Origin: a virus
Strand: one strand, 5' to 3'
Length of the DNA: 64,000 nucleotides
Virus record (IMG/VR): IMGVR_UViG_3300013125_000002
This document shows positions 7,920 to 18,613 of the stretch, piece after piece (positions within the stretch are counted from its first letter, which is position 1; every line of letters begins with the position of its first letter). The position numbers were made by a program, and so were the translations under genes. The notes beneath the pieces are model-generated. The model searched no databases. It saw only the letters and a program-made list of their open reading frames with translations, and was not told the DNA's origin.

Positions 7920-10706
7920 CTACTTATCGTCGATCACAACGATTTGTACACCAGCTGCCCGCCCACGATCAAACAGATACTGAAGACGGTCTTCCCACGA
8001 AGACGGCAGATAAAGCGGGTAATCCATTCCGTAACGGCTGGGCGTACTTAGATAGCCAGATAGCGATACGGATTCACCCTTCAAATGTTCACGATCAAAC
8101 ACAATGCCCAAGTCAAACAGAAGGCGTTCACCGCCTCCGGTGACTCTGCCAGTGAAGGTCACTTGTTCTTGATCCCCAGGAGCGTATCTAACCCACTCAC
8201 CTACTATGTGAGCATAGGCAGTAACAACACCAAGAGTCAGGGTATTCGCTGCGTTGTTAGTGACCGGCAGCCGCTCGAGGACGGTGCAGCCTACTCCGAT
8301 CTCCACCATGTAGGGGTAACCAGACGTAGGAAATGCTGTTGAGTCAACCAACGAGACAGCTGCAGCACCTGGGGCTGCTGCGGTCGACACACGATTCTCA
8401 GCAATGATCCTTCCACGAGCATTGTTAAGGATCGCTTCTCCACCTGCTGCTGGGAACGACGCAGCACTGACAACTTCGACAATGGTTCTGATCTCAGCGA
8501 CGGCACTGACTTTGGTTGGGAGCAGAAGAGAACCAGGTATGAGCACCTTTCTTTGACTCCATGGGATCACTCCCTTATGGGTCACAGTGAGTGCTTCACT
8601 GAGGATGATGAAATCAGCAAGTGCCTCAATCGTCTCCCCTGCGTTATGGGGCTTGGTTGTGACCTCTTCGAGAACAATCGTATTTGGGGCTGAGGTCTGC
8701 TGAAGAATGACAACCTCTTCATTGGCCCCACCACGATCAATCAGAAGACGCACACCCAGATCGGTATTGCCCCAAACTGTGATGGCGTTGACTTGCAGTG
8801 AGATCTGACCGGCCCCCACACCTGGCCCAGCCGTTAGCACTCCAAGATCATTGAAGGCTCGTTTGGTGGCAACCGTAGTGACATCAAGAGTCTCCTCATC
8901 CCCAGCCTTCCAGACCCTTACATCATAGGTACCTGAGGTACTAAAGAGGGACGCATCTCTAACCTCAAGAGCATCTCGGCCTGGGTACTGAGTTATCTCC
9001 AAGTAGGTAGGACCGGCGACATTCTCATTCAGCGTTGTCTCGGTAGTCCGTCGTGCGTACACCGAAGGGTCGTAGATGTAGTGCCCAGGGAAGAGCCTTG
9101 GGGATGCTGTGAACATACGCCCATCCTCAAGATCAGTTCCTGCATAGGCTGTCTGGGATAGACTGACAGCTGTGCCCCCACCATGAGCTTTGGTCAGCGG
9201 CGTAGCGAGGTAAAAGGCCTGTCCCCCCCAAAGAGGAGCTACTTCATCTCCAGCCAAGTGAAGCTTGGCCGTGGGTGCTGTGAGTGTGATCAAACCTGTT
9301 GCAAGGTTGATGCTTTGGTACTGTACTCGCTCATAACGAACAGCGTTGTTTCGCGACAGGATGATCCACTTGTTCGAGTTGAGGGACTCAAGGTCTTTGA
9401 TCACTTGAGCACTGTTCACGTAGATCGAAGTCGAACCAATTGGTACCCCTGTCACAGCATTAGCGTACAAGGTCGTCCCTTGTTGATCCGGAATCGTGTA
9501 GGAAACATGCTCTTCATTTGGCCCGCCGGCCTCGAAAACAAGCACACCAGAAGACGGGAATGTAGCAAGGGCTGCATCCCCATCGTTGCCGTAGATCACT
9601 TTGTCACCAAGCAGTGCTCCGGCCCATGCAGCTAAACTGGGTGTAACCACAGGCAAAGCTGAGTGGAGAAAAGAAGCATCTTGGATGCGGTTCTTGTTCA
9701 CTGACCGAGGCAGGAAGATCTTGAGGACCTTGGGGGCTGTTTGGAAGATGTCCCAGCCAACCCCCTTGACCTGTACCTGGGCCATCTTTACGAGTGCCCC
9801 AGGCTTCATTAGGGCCACTGTGACCCCTGGCAGCGTAAACGCCCCTGAGAGAGGCGCTGCGAGCGTCAAAAGGCCATTGGTGGTGTCATTGTCGACGTAC
9901 CGAACAGTCATCACAGGGACGCCCAGAGCAACGTCCTGCTGCACCCGAATCAGACCTTCCGCAGGAAACTTGCGGGTGCTCGAAAGCTTAATGACACTGC
10001 CACCGCCAAGAATCTCCGTCAGCTGAGCCACAGTAGGAGTAGGTGTCGGGCCAAGCTGGTTCTTGGTGAGCCCTGGCCCGTCGATGGTCAGAATGTCGGT
10101 AGCTTTGTCGTTGGCCGTCAGCACAACAACTTCTTCATCAGCTGTTCCTGGAGCGACCACCATTGTGTACTTCGCTCCACCACCAGGCACTGGAAAGAGA
10201 TCAGTTGTCTCTAGCTCCAGGGTAGTGTCAGCAGCGAGATGTGCCAACTTCAAATACCCCGAAGCCCCTGAGGCATAGGTATGGGCCTTGGTCAGAGCCT
10301 TCTTGAGAGCTGTGAGACCACTCCGTGGATCTCGGAATGAGTACTCGACCGTCTCTGCAGCAGCGAGCCCCTGATCGATCACCAGAGTGCCCCGCTGAGG
10401 TACTGTCATCCAATCCGCAAGAGACAGCTGCTCGTCCCCAATGATGGCATTGGCACTAAGAACTGTCGCAACAGTCTTACGAGGCCCAAAGATCACTGTC
10501 ATCAGATCATAGAACAGTGTTGCTATCTGTCGGTAGTCAAGCGCTGTTCTACGAACCACAGCACGCCATACATCGTCGTCGTGGAATCCAAGTGATGGTC
10601 GGTCGAAACTCAGATTCGACGTGACATGGGACAGGTACTTGCCACTCGCTCGGTCCAGGAAGAGTTGATCTCTTACCTCTTGAATAGCTGACTTGACTGG
10701 AGGCAT
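7920..10706 (-). CDS. Baseplate wedge protein (P2 gpI-like position) with repeated inserted beta modules
   Basis: 928 aa immediately downstream of baseplate J. N-terminal DRASGKYL, C-terminal RAAGVQIVV, repeated FPxxG...E.V.Y...L.L...HxxG modules. Confidence 0.65.
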   Translation of the reverse strand: MPPVKSAIQEVRDQLFLDRASGKYLSHVTSNLSFDRPSLGFHDDDVWRAVVRRTALDYRQIATLFYDLMTVIFGPRKTVATVLSANAIIGDEQLSLADWMTVPQRGTLVIDQGLAAAETVEYSFRDPRSGLTALKKALTKAHTYASGASGYLKLAHLAADTTLELETTDLFPVPGGGAKYTMVVAPGTADEEVVVLTANDKATDILTIDGPGLTKNQLGPTPTPTVAQLTEILGGGSVIKLSSTRKFPAEGLIRVQQDVALGVPVMTVRYVDNDTTNGLLTLAAPLSGAFTLPGVTVALMKPGALVKMAQVQVKGVGWDIFQTAPKVLKIFLPRSVNKNRIQDASFLHSALPVVTPSLAAWAGALLGDKVIYGNDGDAALATFPSSGVLVFEAGGPNEEHVSYTIPDQQGTTLYANAVTGVPIGSTSIYVNSAQVIKDLESLNSNKWIILSRNNAVRYERVQYQSINLATGLITLTAPTAKLHLAGDEVAPLWGGQAFYLATPLTKAHGGGTAVSLSQTAYAGTDLEDGRMFTASPRLFPGHYIYDPSVYARRTTETTLNENVAGPTYLEITQYPGRDALEVRDASLFSTSGTYDVRVWKAGDEETLDVTTVATKRAFNDLGVLTAGPGVGAGQISLQVNAITVWGNTDLGVRLLIDRGGANEEVVILQQTSAPNTIVLEEVTTKPHNAGETIEALADFIILSEALTVTHKGVIPWSQRKVLIPGSLLLPTKVSAVAEIRTIVEVVSAASFPAAGGEAILNNARGRIIAENRVSTAAAPGAAAVSLVDSTAFPTSGYPYMVEIGVGCTVLERLPVTNNAANTLTLGVVTAYAHIVGEWVRYAPGDQEQVTFTGRVTGGGERLLFDLGIVFDREHLKGESVSLSGYLSTPSRYGMDYPLYLPSSWEDRLQYLFDRGRAAGVQIVVIDDK

Positions 10707-12529
10707 TAGTACACCGTCACCAGGGTGTTTCCATTCGAATCGAATGAAACTGCCATCTCATCTTCCAGGATCACCAGGTCGGCTGTAGGGGACTTCAGAA
10801 TGGCGTTCTCAACCCCCTCTACACTCATTGCTCGCGCAATGATCTTGGCTCTGATGACATTCTCGCCAATTGCAAGACTGTCAACATAGGCTGCCACCGC
10901 GCGTCGTACTTCCTGAGCCAGCGTGACCTCGTCATAACCATTCTTGACTGAGATCGAAACGATGATAGTGATCTTGCGAAGGGTCGGAACATCTACGTGG
11001 ACGATTACCCCACCAGCAACTACTCCAGGGTAATTGATGGAGTCATCAGGATCACCGTCAAGGACCTTCTGAACCAGCTGCAAGACGCCTGTATAGTAGG
11101 AAACATTAGCAAGGACTCGTGTGCCTGCTGCAAGTCCAGCACCACTATACTCAAGATCACCATTGGTTCGATTCAGAAAGTAGTCTGTTCCAGAGACCCG
11201 TTGAGTGAACACGCCCGAAGAATCATCGTAGATCTCGAAGCTGTTCTTCTTGATCGGGTAGTAGGGGATCTTGAAGAAGTTCTGGCCATCCTCAGCTGTA
11301 CCAAGATCAACTACCAAGATCGCTTCTTGGCCAATGGCGTGATTGTGGGCAACAGGCGCTGTCAGATTGAGGATCGCTCCAGGACCTTTCGAGGTGTAGG
11401 TCACCACTTCGGCATCTGTCGTACCGAGGCCAAGAACCAAAAGGCCACTCATTGGGTAGTTCGTAGCATTCACTACCGTCAGAGCTGAGGTAACACCAGC
11501 GACTGCTCCAACAGCCAAAGTGGAGGTCGGCATCACTACGAAGTCTGGGACAAGACCTGATCTTGTGTCGATGAACAGCGTGTGTTCATCCAGGATGAAG
11601 TCTTCTCGCAGCTTGGCAGTGACAATCCTCTCCCCTGTATTGGTGTCTTCAACACCAATCACTGTCTGCTCAATTGCTTCAGGCACACCACGGGAGAGCT
11701 TGGCGTACTTGTGCATGAGACGATCACGGAAGTCATCATCAGTCTCAAGATCGCGCCCGCCCGTGATGTCCACGGGGTTGTGAACAGCTGCCCCTGTGAA
11801 TGGAGGTGCAGAAGTAAACTGAGAGATGTTGCCGGTGCTCGTATTGCCTTGTGATCCTACTTCCAAAGCTTTGATGTTGACGCGACTCGATTCGTAGTTT
11901 CCAGCTACCACCACGCCGACTTCCATCGAGGCGTATTTGACAGCAAGGCTGAATCCGCTTGCAGGGACTTGAACCTGGGTACCTGTTCCAACAATCTGAT
12001 CCCCACCAGTGACCAGAGCAACACGTTCACCACTCTTGTGGGCGTTCACAGTTGCCAGAAGCAGAGTCAGGGTATCAGTACCTGTGTTGTTACCGGTGAC
12101 TGTCAGATCTTCTACTTGTGGTGTGCCCTCACCAATCCTGATGGTGTAGTTTGGGGGGGCCAATGGGAAGTCATCAGAACTATCCAGCTGGAAGGAAGCA
12201 ACACCCGACGCGATGTCGAATCGGAGGACATTTTTGATCAGATTGTCATTCCGATAGACCACAGAACCGGCAGCCTCCTGTGCAGGCAGCCGAGTTTCGT
12301 TCATATCGGCGGCTCGCTCATCAAGGTCAGAGCCAGTTGCTGTGGCAATCCGGAAGGCATTCAGAAGCTGCACCATCTGGTAGTACTGCTCATCGTCCTC
12401 CAATGCAGCAGCTTCCAAGATGGTTCTGATCACTGAACCTACAGTGAAATCCGTCAGTGTGGTGTTGGCTCGGACATGATTGACCATGTCCAGGAGAATC
12501 TGCTCAAAAGAGCGAGGTACGAAGGCCAT
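10706..12529 (-). CDS. Baseplate J-like wedge protein
   Basis: DFTVGSVIRTILEA, ATGSDLD, GSQGN and TGGRDLETDDDFRDR are hallmark baseplate J/gp47 motifs. Confidence 0.9.
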   Translation of the reverse strand: MAFVPRSFEQILLDMVNHVRANTTLTDFTVGSVIRTILEAAALEDDEQYYQMVQLLNAFRIATATGSDLDERAADMNETRLPAQEAAGSVVYRNDNLIKNVLRFDIASGVASFQLDSSDDFPLAPPNYTIRIGEGTPQVEDLTVTGNNTGTDTLTLLLATVNAHKSGERVALVTGGDQIVGTGTQVQVPASGFSLAVKYASMEVGVVVAGNYESSRVNIKALEVGSQGNTSTGNISQFTSAPPFTGAAVHNPVDITGGRDLETDDDFRDRLMHKYAKLSRGVPEAIEQTVIGVEDTNTGERIVTAKLREDFILDEHTLFIDTRSGLVPDFVVMPTSTLAVGAVAGVTSALTVVNATNYPMSGLLVLGLGTTDAEVVTYTSKGPGAILNLTAPVAHNHAIGQEAILVVDLGTAEDGQNFFKIPYYPIKKNSFEIYDDSSGVFTQRVSGTDYFLNRTNGDLEYSGAGLAAGTRVLANVSYYTGVLQLVQKVLDGDPDDSINYPGVVAGGVIVHVDVPTLRKITIIVSISVKNGYDEVTLAQEVRRAVAAYVDSLAIGENVIRAKIIARAMSVEGVENAILKSPTADLVILEDEMAVSFDSNGNTLVTVY

Positions 12530-12532
12530 GGC

Positions 12533-14410
12533 TTATCTCCGCACTGCGAACTGCACTGGGATCTCGAAGTTGGAGTCTTTGAGTCTCAGCTTTGCGTTTG
12601 TGAAGACCTTATCCTGATGAGCCATTGCTCTCATTGAGAGAACAGACTCAATACGTGGATCGGACAGACAGGTGCGTCTGGTATTGATCAAGAACTCCTG
12701 CAACTTGATCATGGAGAGCTTAGTCCCTATGGGGTACTTAGCTCCGAAATCCGGATGGATTGGCAACTCCCCCTGTTCTGTTGAGAACTTGATCATCATG
12801 GCCTGATACACATTTTCAGGACCATTGATCATATCGAGGTCCCCGTGCTGCCCAACTTGGAGGTCGGCTAGCTCTGTACCTGTACTTGAATCGCTGAGGC
12901 GAAGATCTTGACCATACTTCCGAACAACCGGAGACAACCCCTCAACGTTAGTGTTGGAGTTGATCGTTCGACCTACTGATCGATCTTCGTTGGTCAGCTC
13001 ACGAGTGTAAGGCACCAGCAGCTTGTCCCCTGGTGCCAGAACACCATCACCACTGGTGTGTGAGACATACGGGTATTTGAGGTTGTTCAGGATCGCAAGG
13101 ACCTTCCACTTTGCCTCATCACCCAGATACATTCGAGCCAAAGAACGGATGTCCATGCCCCCAATGACCTCGACTTCCTTGGCCGTCTCAGGAATCTGGA
13201 TGTTCTCCACATTGAGAGGAGAACCTGCATTGAAGGGTGACTCCCCTACTTCATCCAGATACGCCTTGCTGTAGTCCTGGACCTCAATCTGCTTTGATCC
13301 TTCCCAGAGACGGTCCAGTGCTAGGACTGCCTCACAGGAGCGTGCCAACGTCGTCAGAGCATGGCGTGCAGTGCCGATCTCTCCTGACTGAATGTCAGTT
13401 GTCTCCTCCCCGTACTTCTCATCGAAGAGCCGTCGGAACTCTGCGGTGGCATTCATAACCGTTGTGGTTGCTACCATCGTCATCGTGTCTGCAAAGCTCT
13501 TTCCTGCGTTCCGAACAGCAGCAACAGCCGAAAGGACATCCATGGCAGCACTGAAGATGTTGTTCAGAAGGTTCGCTGGTAGATTGGCGAAGAACGTGAC
13601 CAAACTGGCCAGCTGATTCAGTGCTCGTGAGATGTCCTGACTGAGCTTCCGTAGCGTGGACGACAGAGTAGAGATCGCTTGGAAGATGTTCATCGGGTCA
13701 GCAACAAAGGGCACTGTTGCATCAAATCGATAAAGAGTCCGAAGAACGATGCTGTATCGCCAGCTGAGTGGGCTCGACTTGTCTCGAGTAGTTGTGAAGG
13801 CCATCGGCTCCACAATGTAGATCTCGCTCTCCTTCAGATAAGCGAAAACCATCACAACTTTTCGGGCCAATTCAGTGTTGCTTGACTTGATGTCGAAGTA
13901 GGCTCGGAACAGATTCCTGAGGTAAGTGATCTCGTCGAACCCAGTCACTTCCTTCGGGTTGAGCCCCCGCTCATCATTTGTGAAGCTCTGAACGATGGAT
14001 GGCATGGTGAGTGTGATCCCCGTTCCTTTCTCAAGACCAGGGATCAGCTCACTCGTTACTGGATTAGGACGGAACCCAACAGTTCCTCCAAGTCGGATGT
14101 CCTTGAAGATACTTCCTTGGGACTCTACGAACTTGCCACCATCCTGTGTGGGGATGACTTGCGTGGAAGCCGGCTCCGACAGCTCATAACTCTGAGGGGG
14201 TGTTGTGAAGTAGTAGAGAGCAGCCCCACCACTTCCAATCCCATTCCAGATTCCCAGTTCTTGTGCCAGGTCAACTACCTCGAGAGTTTCGAGATTGTAT
14301 AGACCAATAGAGAACAGCTGACTGAGATCATGAGAGTACTCTGTGCCACCAAAGCCCCACCAGCGGCCATCAGGCTTTGAGATGCTGGTCTTCTGTACGA
14401 GCTTGGTCAT
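12533..14410 (-). CDS. Baseplate protein: tube-initiator-like N-terminus, LysM-like domain and gp25-like sheath initiator
   Basis: DIRSLARMYLGDEAKWKVLAILNNL is LysM-like. GDLDMINGPENVYQA...GELPIHPDFG...DPRI is gp25-like. Start placed at ATG 14410 (AGGAG RBS, TGATG coupling). Confidence 0.75.
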   Translation of the reverse strand: MTKLVQKTSISKPDGRWWGFGGTEYSHDLSQLFSIGLYNLETLEVVDLAQELGIWNGIGSGGAALYYFTTPPQSYELSEPASTQVIPTQDGGKFVESQGSIFKDIRLGGTVGFRPNPVTSELIPGLEKGTGITLTMPSIVQSFTNDERGLNPKEVTGFDEITYLRNLFRAYFDIKSSNTELARKVVMVFAYLKESEIYIVEPMAFTTTRDKSSPLSWRYSIVLRTLYRFDATVPFVADPMNIFQAISTLSSTLRKLSQDISRALNQLASLVTFFANLPANLLNNIFSAAMDVLSAVAAVRNAGKSFADTMTMVATTTVMNATAEFRRLFDEKYGEETTDIQSGEIGTARHALTTLARSCEAVLALDRLWEGSKQIEVQDYSKAYLDEVGESPFNAGSPLNVENIQIPETAKEVEVIGGMDIRSLARMYLGDEAKWKVLAILNNLKYPYVSHTSGDGVLAPGDKLLVPYTRELTNEDRSVGRTINSNTNVEGLSPVVRKYGQDLRLSDSSTGTELADLQVGQHGDLDMINGPENVYQAMMIKFSTEQGELPIHPDFGAKYPIGTKLSMIKLQEFLINTRRTCLSDPRIESVLSMRAMAHQDKVFTNAKLRLKDSNFEIPVQFAVRR

Positions 14411-14802
14411 CAGAGCTTCTCCTGCACGGACTGAGGACAAGGGATGTCCAACGACGGCAGCGACGGAAGTGCAATGGTCGGTAGTGTTGGTGGAAACTTG
14501 ATCCCAGGAATTGCTATCGAGGGTATGGATGGCAACGAAATTGTTGGCAAACCCAAGCTCAAATCAAGAGCTGGAAGACTTGGAATCGGAATGCTTGGCA
14601 AACTGATCGAAGGAATCGTAGGTGGAAACTTGATCCCAGGAATTGACAGAGAAGGAATCGTTGGCAACCCTATCGATGGCAACTCAAGATCCAACGTTGG
14701 CAGAGCCAGTGTTGGTAGTGAGGGTAGACTGATCGAAGGAATCGAAGGTGGAAACTTGATCCCAGGAATCGACAGAGAAGGAAGAACTGGTAGACAACCC
14801 AT
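14410..14802 (-). CDS. Proline-rich repeat protein following the spike gene
   Basis: 130 aa with three SIPGIKFPP-type repeats. Translationally coupled on both sides (TAATG, TGATG). Confidence 0.7.
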   Translation of the reverse strand: MGCLPVLPSLSIPGIKFPPSIPSISLPSLPTLALPTLDLELPSIGLPTIPSLSIPGIKFPPTIPSISLPSIPIPSLPALDLSLGLPTISLPSIPSIAIPGIKFPPTLPTIALPSLPSLDIPCPQSVQEKL

Positions 14803-16217
14803 TAGGCCACCTTCACCTGCTGGGTCAGGTAGTTGGTGATCGGGTCTGGGGATGTTGCTAGTAGCTCAAAAGCAGCAATGGCAGCGGTGAGGGCTGTAGC
14901 CTCATCTACCACCGGAGCCAAAGCTGTTCCAAGCTTAGTATTGAGCTTTCCCCATGCCACACAAACTGCTGACAGTGCCACCATGAATACATCCCCTTTG
15001 ATCGCAGGATGTATTGCAGTTGGCCCACCAAGACTTACTGGGGCACCGACTGAGACCCCATCAGGACCAGTAACCGAAACGGCACCACCCTTCGCCGAAA
15101 TCTGGGCACCACTCTTCGTAGCCATTGCCGCTTGATCATTCCCAACTGTCATTGTGGAACCATCAGTAGTAGTGGCTGTCAGTGTGTCTTTGTTGATGAC
15201 CAGAACAGTTGCTGTTCCTCCCTTGGGCTGTACAGCCAAGGTGATCTGGTCTTCAGCTAAGGCTGAGTACTCGCCCTTCTTGCCTCCTTCAAGATCAATG
15301 GTGTTCTCACAGTAGACAGAAAGGCTACTGGTCTTGAAAAGGAGATCAAACTCCTTTCCACGCAAGATGGTACGCTTGGTAGCTCGTGGCTCAGGGACCC
15401 CAGTCACTGGCTGATCTGGGTGAGGGAGATCAGTATCGTGAATTTGCTTGGCCGAAGAGCTACCAGCCCCAATCTGGGGGCCTTTGTTCTTCTTCAGGTT
15501 CCAGTTGATCTCCAACTGGGCTGACCGCTTGATATCGAACTGCCCATGGCCACCCTTGTCGAACTGCTTTGTGCTTTGCTTGCCTTGCTGGATGGAGGCA
15601 GTACGTCCTGCTTGTGTAGTGTCTACGTAGACACTTCCCTCACGGTTGACGGTGAAGGACGTACCATTGATCCTGCGATAGACACGGAACCTGTTCTTCT
15701 TCACGTCCGCTTGTACGAGTGCTTGACCCTGATGGGCAACACCACTGGTTGCAGGATCGAAGTAGTTGGACGGATGAGGCCACCACCTCTGGATGTATGG
15801 ATGGCGAATACTTCCATTCAAGAACCCAACCACACACCATTCACCATCCAGTTTTCCATAGTCAATCTTTGACAGATCAGAGTTGAACGTACTCTCATCC
15901 ATCAACTGATTACTACAGCCCCGAGGGAGGTCTTCCTCAAAGTTGTCGATCCCAGAATGACGCTCAGGAGGGATGACTACGTTGTAGAGCGGGACATCTG
16001 GATGATACGGGTCACTCCCTGCCAAAACCGTGCATTCATGCCTGGTGCCCCGGGATAACTGGCTGCTCTTGGCAACACTATTGTCTTTATCATCCGACGG
16101 GTGAACCGATAGGATGATCCCCAACATGGGCTGCATGCGCTCGCCCACGAGATGTTCTGGGTACTCACGCTGAGATGAGGAGATGACCTCCCCACCCTCA
16201 CCAAGCACATCCGACAT
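14802..16217 (-). CDS. Baseplate central spike (gp5/gpV-like)
   Basis: Lies after the hub. GEWCVVGFLNG...PYI fits an OB-fold motif. Beta-strand repeats, then a HPAIKGD...LTQQVKV C-terminus. Confidence 0.7.
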   Translation of the reverse strand: MSDVLGEGGEVISSSQREYPEHLVGERMQPMLGIILSVHPSDDKDNSVAKSSQLSRGTRHECTVLAGSDPYHPDVPLYNVVIPPERHSGIDNFEEDLPRGCSNQLMDESTFNSDLSKIDYGKLDGEWCVVGFLNGSIRHPYIQRWWPHPSNYFDPATSGVAHQGQALVQADVKKNRFRVYRRINGTSFTVNREGSVYVDTTQAGRTASIQQGKQSTKQFDKGGHGQFDIKRSAQLEINWNLKKNKGPQIGAGSSSAKQIHDTDLPHPDQPVTGVPEPRATKRTILRGKEFDLLFKTSSLSVYCENTIDLEGGKKGEYSALAEDQITLAVQPKGGTATVLVINKDTLTATTTDGSTMTVGNDQAAMATKSGAQISAKGGAVSVTGPDGVSVGAPVSLGGPTAIHPAIKGDVFMVALSAVCVAWGKLNTKLGTALAPVVDEATALTAAIAAFELLATSPDPITNYLTQQVKVA

Positions 16218-18613
16218 TACGGTATCTTCCCTCCTCCGGTATCCCCGGCGAGGATGTCAGGATCAATGTCCTTTCCAATCTGGGGTTTCTTTTCTGACTG
16301 CAGAAGACTCAAAGCCTTGTTGGTAAGCCCCTTGAAGCCACTTACGATCTTCGCGGCGATCTTCACATATGTCGCGTCGATTGCATCGCTAGGAGCTGTA
16401 GAATTCGCTACCAGGAACCCCCGACCACTGCGTGCCCATTCCTGCTTGCTTGGGATGTCCACAAGGTTCGTGTGCTTCTCCGTCACAACTTTAGGATCAC
16501 CAAATAGCAAAACAGACCGTGCTGTAGCGCTGGTGTCCAACACATGAAAGAACTGACCGAGGCGGCTGTTCTTGTGGCGCATCCCTTGGAACTCTTCGGT
16601 TCCAGGCATTACGTACACTGGGAACGGGTCGTTTCGTTGCCCTCTACTCAAAGTCAGCGTTGTCAACAATGCGTTGGGGTAGGTCCAGGAGTGATTCACT
16701 CCCTCGACATAGTAGGACTCACAACGTTCTGCCACATCGAGTCGGTATCCAACTCTGATCTCAGGGAAGGCCCTAAGGGTCATCGTCCCCGTGAGGTACT
16801 CAAGGTTGTGTTGGTACCAATGGTCCATCATGATGGCCCAGCGGATCAAGAGCCTTCGGTTATGTAGGGTGTCGATTCCTCCGATCCTGAGATCTTTTGT
16901 CGCTCGTTCGATCTCTGCAGCATTCAAGCCACTAGCTTTTAGCTCTGCTGCAGCATCAGCGTACTTTCGATCTGCAGTGAAGCGTGCAAACTTGGTGGAG
17001 AAAGTCCGCACACGCAACCCATGGCGCATAACGTTGGTTGCTGTGATGATCGGCTGAACCTCTTGCGTGAGGAACTTGCTGTTGAGAACCGGTCCACTAC
17101 TAAGATCACTGTAGACCTCAATGAGGTTCACATGATCGGCATCACTACGACCGATGTTCTCTTGGATGATGTCTTGAACGCTGATCACAGAGACATCGAG
17201 ATGCTTAGTGGCAATCTCTTGTCCTTTTGACTTCACCAAAAGCATTGGGTGCATTGCAGGTATAGAGACAGTCTTCCGCCCTGGAATTCCTGGTTCCTTG
17301 GAGAAGAGTGCTCCAATGTAGATCAGGCCAAGTTGTTTCTTGAGAATGAGTAGGTCCGCTGGCGGATCGATCCCTTCAATAGTTCCAAAGGGGTGCTCTC
17401 GCATGACGAGACATGGAGCAAACCGAACGGCTTCTGTGTTCCCCCCAAGTTCATCTGCCTCTCGACCATAACTCGAGCCAGAGACCTCTTTGTCTTGCTT
17501 CCCACCACCAGAACTTGCACCTCCGCTAGTCGGCTCCGGAGGCATTGGTCTGAGATCGCAGAACAGCTCATTCAAAATCTCATTGGACCATGAGTTCATC
17601 TGGCCCCAGAGACTACCTTCTGCTCTCCAGACCGATGCAGCCGCCACGTAGCCATCGATAGCCTTCCACTCGACATACCGGAAGTCGATCAGGTCTATCA
17701 ACGTCACAGGCACGCCAGGAGCTGCAGACTCATAGATCGTCTTGGCCGCTCGCCACTCTTGCGTCTGGAAAAGACCCGCCGGAAGGCCACGCTTCTCCAA
17801 AAAGACTGCTTGTGCTTCCTGTACTTCTTTGGTTGACGGATCACGCAGCGTCCCAGCATTCAGCTTTGCTGTAGACGAGGCTTCGGCCAGAATCTCCTGC
17901 TCGAACTCCTGGATGGTTGCCTGCCCCAGAGCTTTCAAGACAGCCTCTGGGAGCCTCTCACGGGCCCAGGCTGCTCGTGCCTGTCGATTCTTGGTTATGT
18001 AGGCATCTGGGGGCGTCAGGCTCTTTGGGACCATGTACTGGGAGTAGAACCCAAGGAGCAAATGGACCAGCGACAGCACGATGTCTGCTGGTGATCCATG
18101 CATTGCCACGCCCTTCACTCGAAGTTCAACACCCCCGATATTCCCGCCCCCTGCCCACTCATTGAAGAGGTCCTTCCGCCTTGCAATGTGTGGGTTGAAG
18201 TAGAGTTGCGTGCGATCAAATGCCTTGGTGAAGTCAGAGCACTGCACCTGGAACCGAGTGGTCGTTGCCCCAGAACTGCTGTCTGTACTGATCGATCTTC
18301 CAACTCGATCTACGAACCCAAAGAAGGTGCGTACAAATCCACGTCCATCTCCAGGATCGAAATAGATGTTCACATAGTCATCGGGGAAGATCAGATTGAG
18401 GTAGTTCTTGCGAGGTACCAAGACAAAAGAGGCTTGGCCACCACCTTTGATCGTCTTGCTAGTGTCACAAGCGATCACATCTGCTGTGCAATCGATGACA
18501 CCCTTCCACTGATTGCTGTTGACGTGCGAATGGATAATGATCTTGCAACGGCTACTCTGTTGAGGGTAACCGAAACTCTCCGCCCCAAACGGATCTGTCT
18601 GTGGGTTGCTCAT
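16217..18613 (-). CDS. Baseplate hub protein (gp27-like)
   Basis: Follows the tape measure. C-terminal GTMTLRAFPEIRVGYRL...YYVEGVNHSW...TTLTLSRG is typical of hubs. Confidence 0.75.
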   Translation of the reverse strand: MSNPQTDPFGAESFGYPQQSSRCKIIIHSHVNSNQWKGVIDCTADVIACDTSKTIKGGGQASFVLVPRKNYLNLIFPDDYVNIYFDPGDGRGFVRTFFGFVDRVGRSISTDSSSGATTTRFQVQCSDFTKAFDRTQLYFNPHIARRKDLFNEWAGGGNIGGVELRVKGVAMHGSPADIVLSLVHLLLGFYSQYMVPKSLTPPDAYITKNRQARAAWARERLPEAVLKALGQATIQEFEQEILAEASSTAKLNAGTLRDPSTKEVQEAQAVFLEKRGLPAGLFQTQEWRAAKTIYESAAPGVPVTLIDLIDFRYVEWKAIDGYVAAASVWRAEGSLWGQMNSWSNEILNELFCDLRPMPPEPTSGGASSGGGKQDKEVSGSSYGREADELGGNTEAVRFAPCLVMREHPFGTIEGIDPPADLLILKKQLGLIYIGALFSKEPGIPGRKTVSIPAMHPMLLVKSKGQEIATKHLDVSVISVQDIIQENIGRSDADHVNLIEVYSDLSSGPVLNSKFLTQEVQPIITATNVMRHGLRVRTFSTKFARFTADRKYADAAAELKASGLNAAEIERATKDLRIGGIDTLHNRRLLIRWAIMMDHWYQHNLEYLTGTMTLRAFPEIRVGYRLDVAERCESYYVEGVNHSWTYPNALLTTLTLSRGQRNDPFPVYVMPGTEEFQGMRHKNSRLGQFFHVLDTSATARSVLLFGDPKVVTEKHTNLVDIPSKQEWARSGRGFLVANSTAPSDAIDATYVKIAAKIVSGFKGLTNKALSLLQSEKKPQIGKDIDPDILAGDTGGGKIP

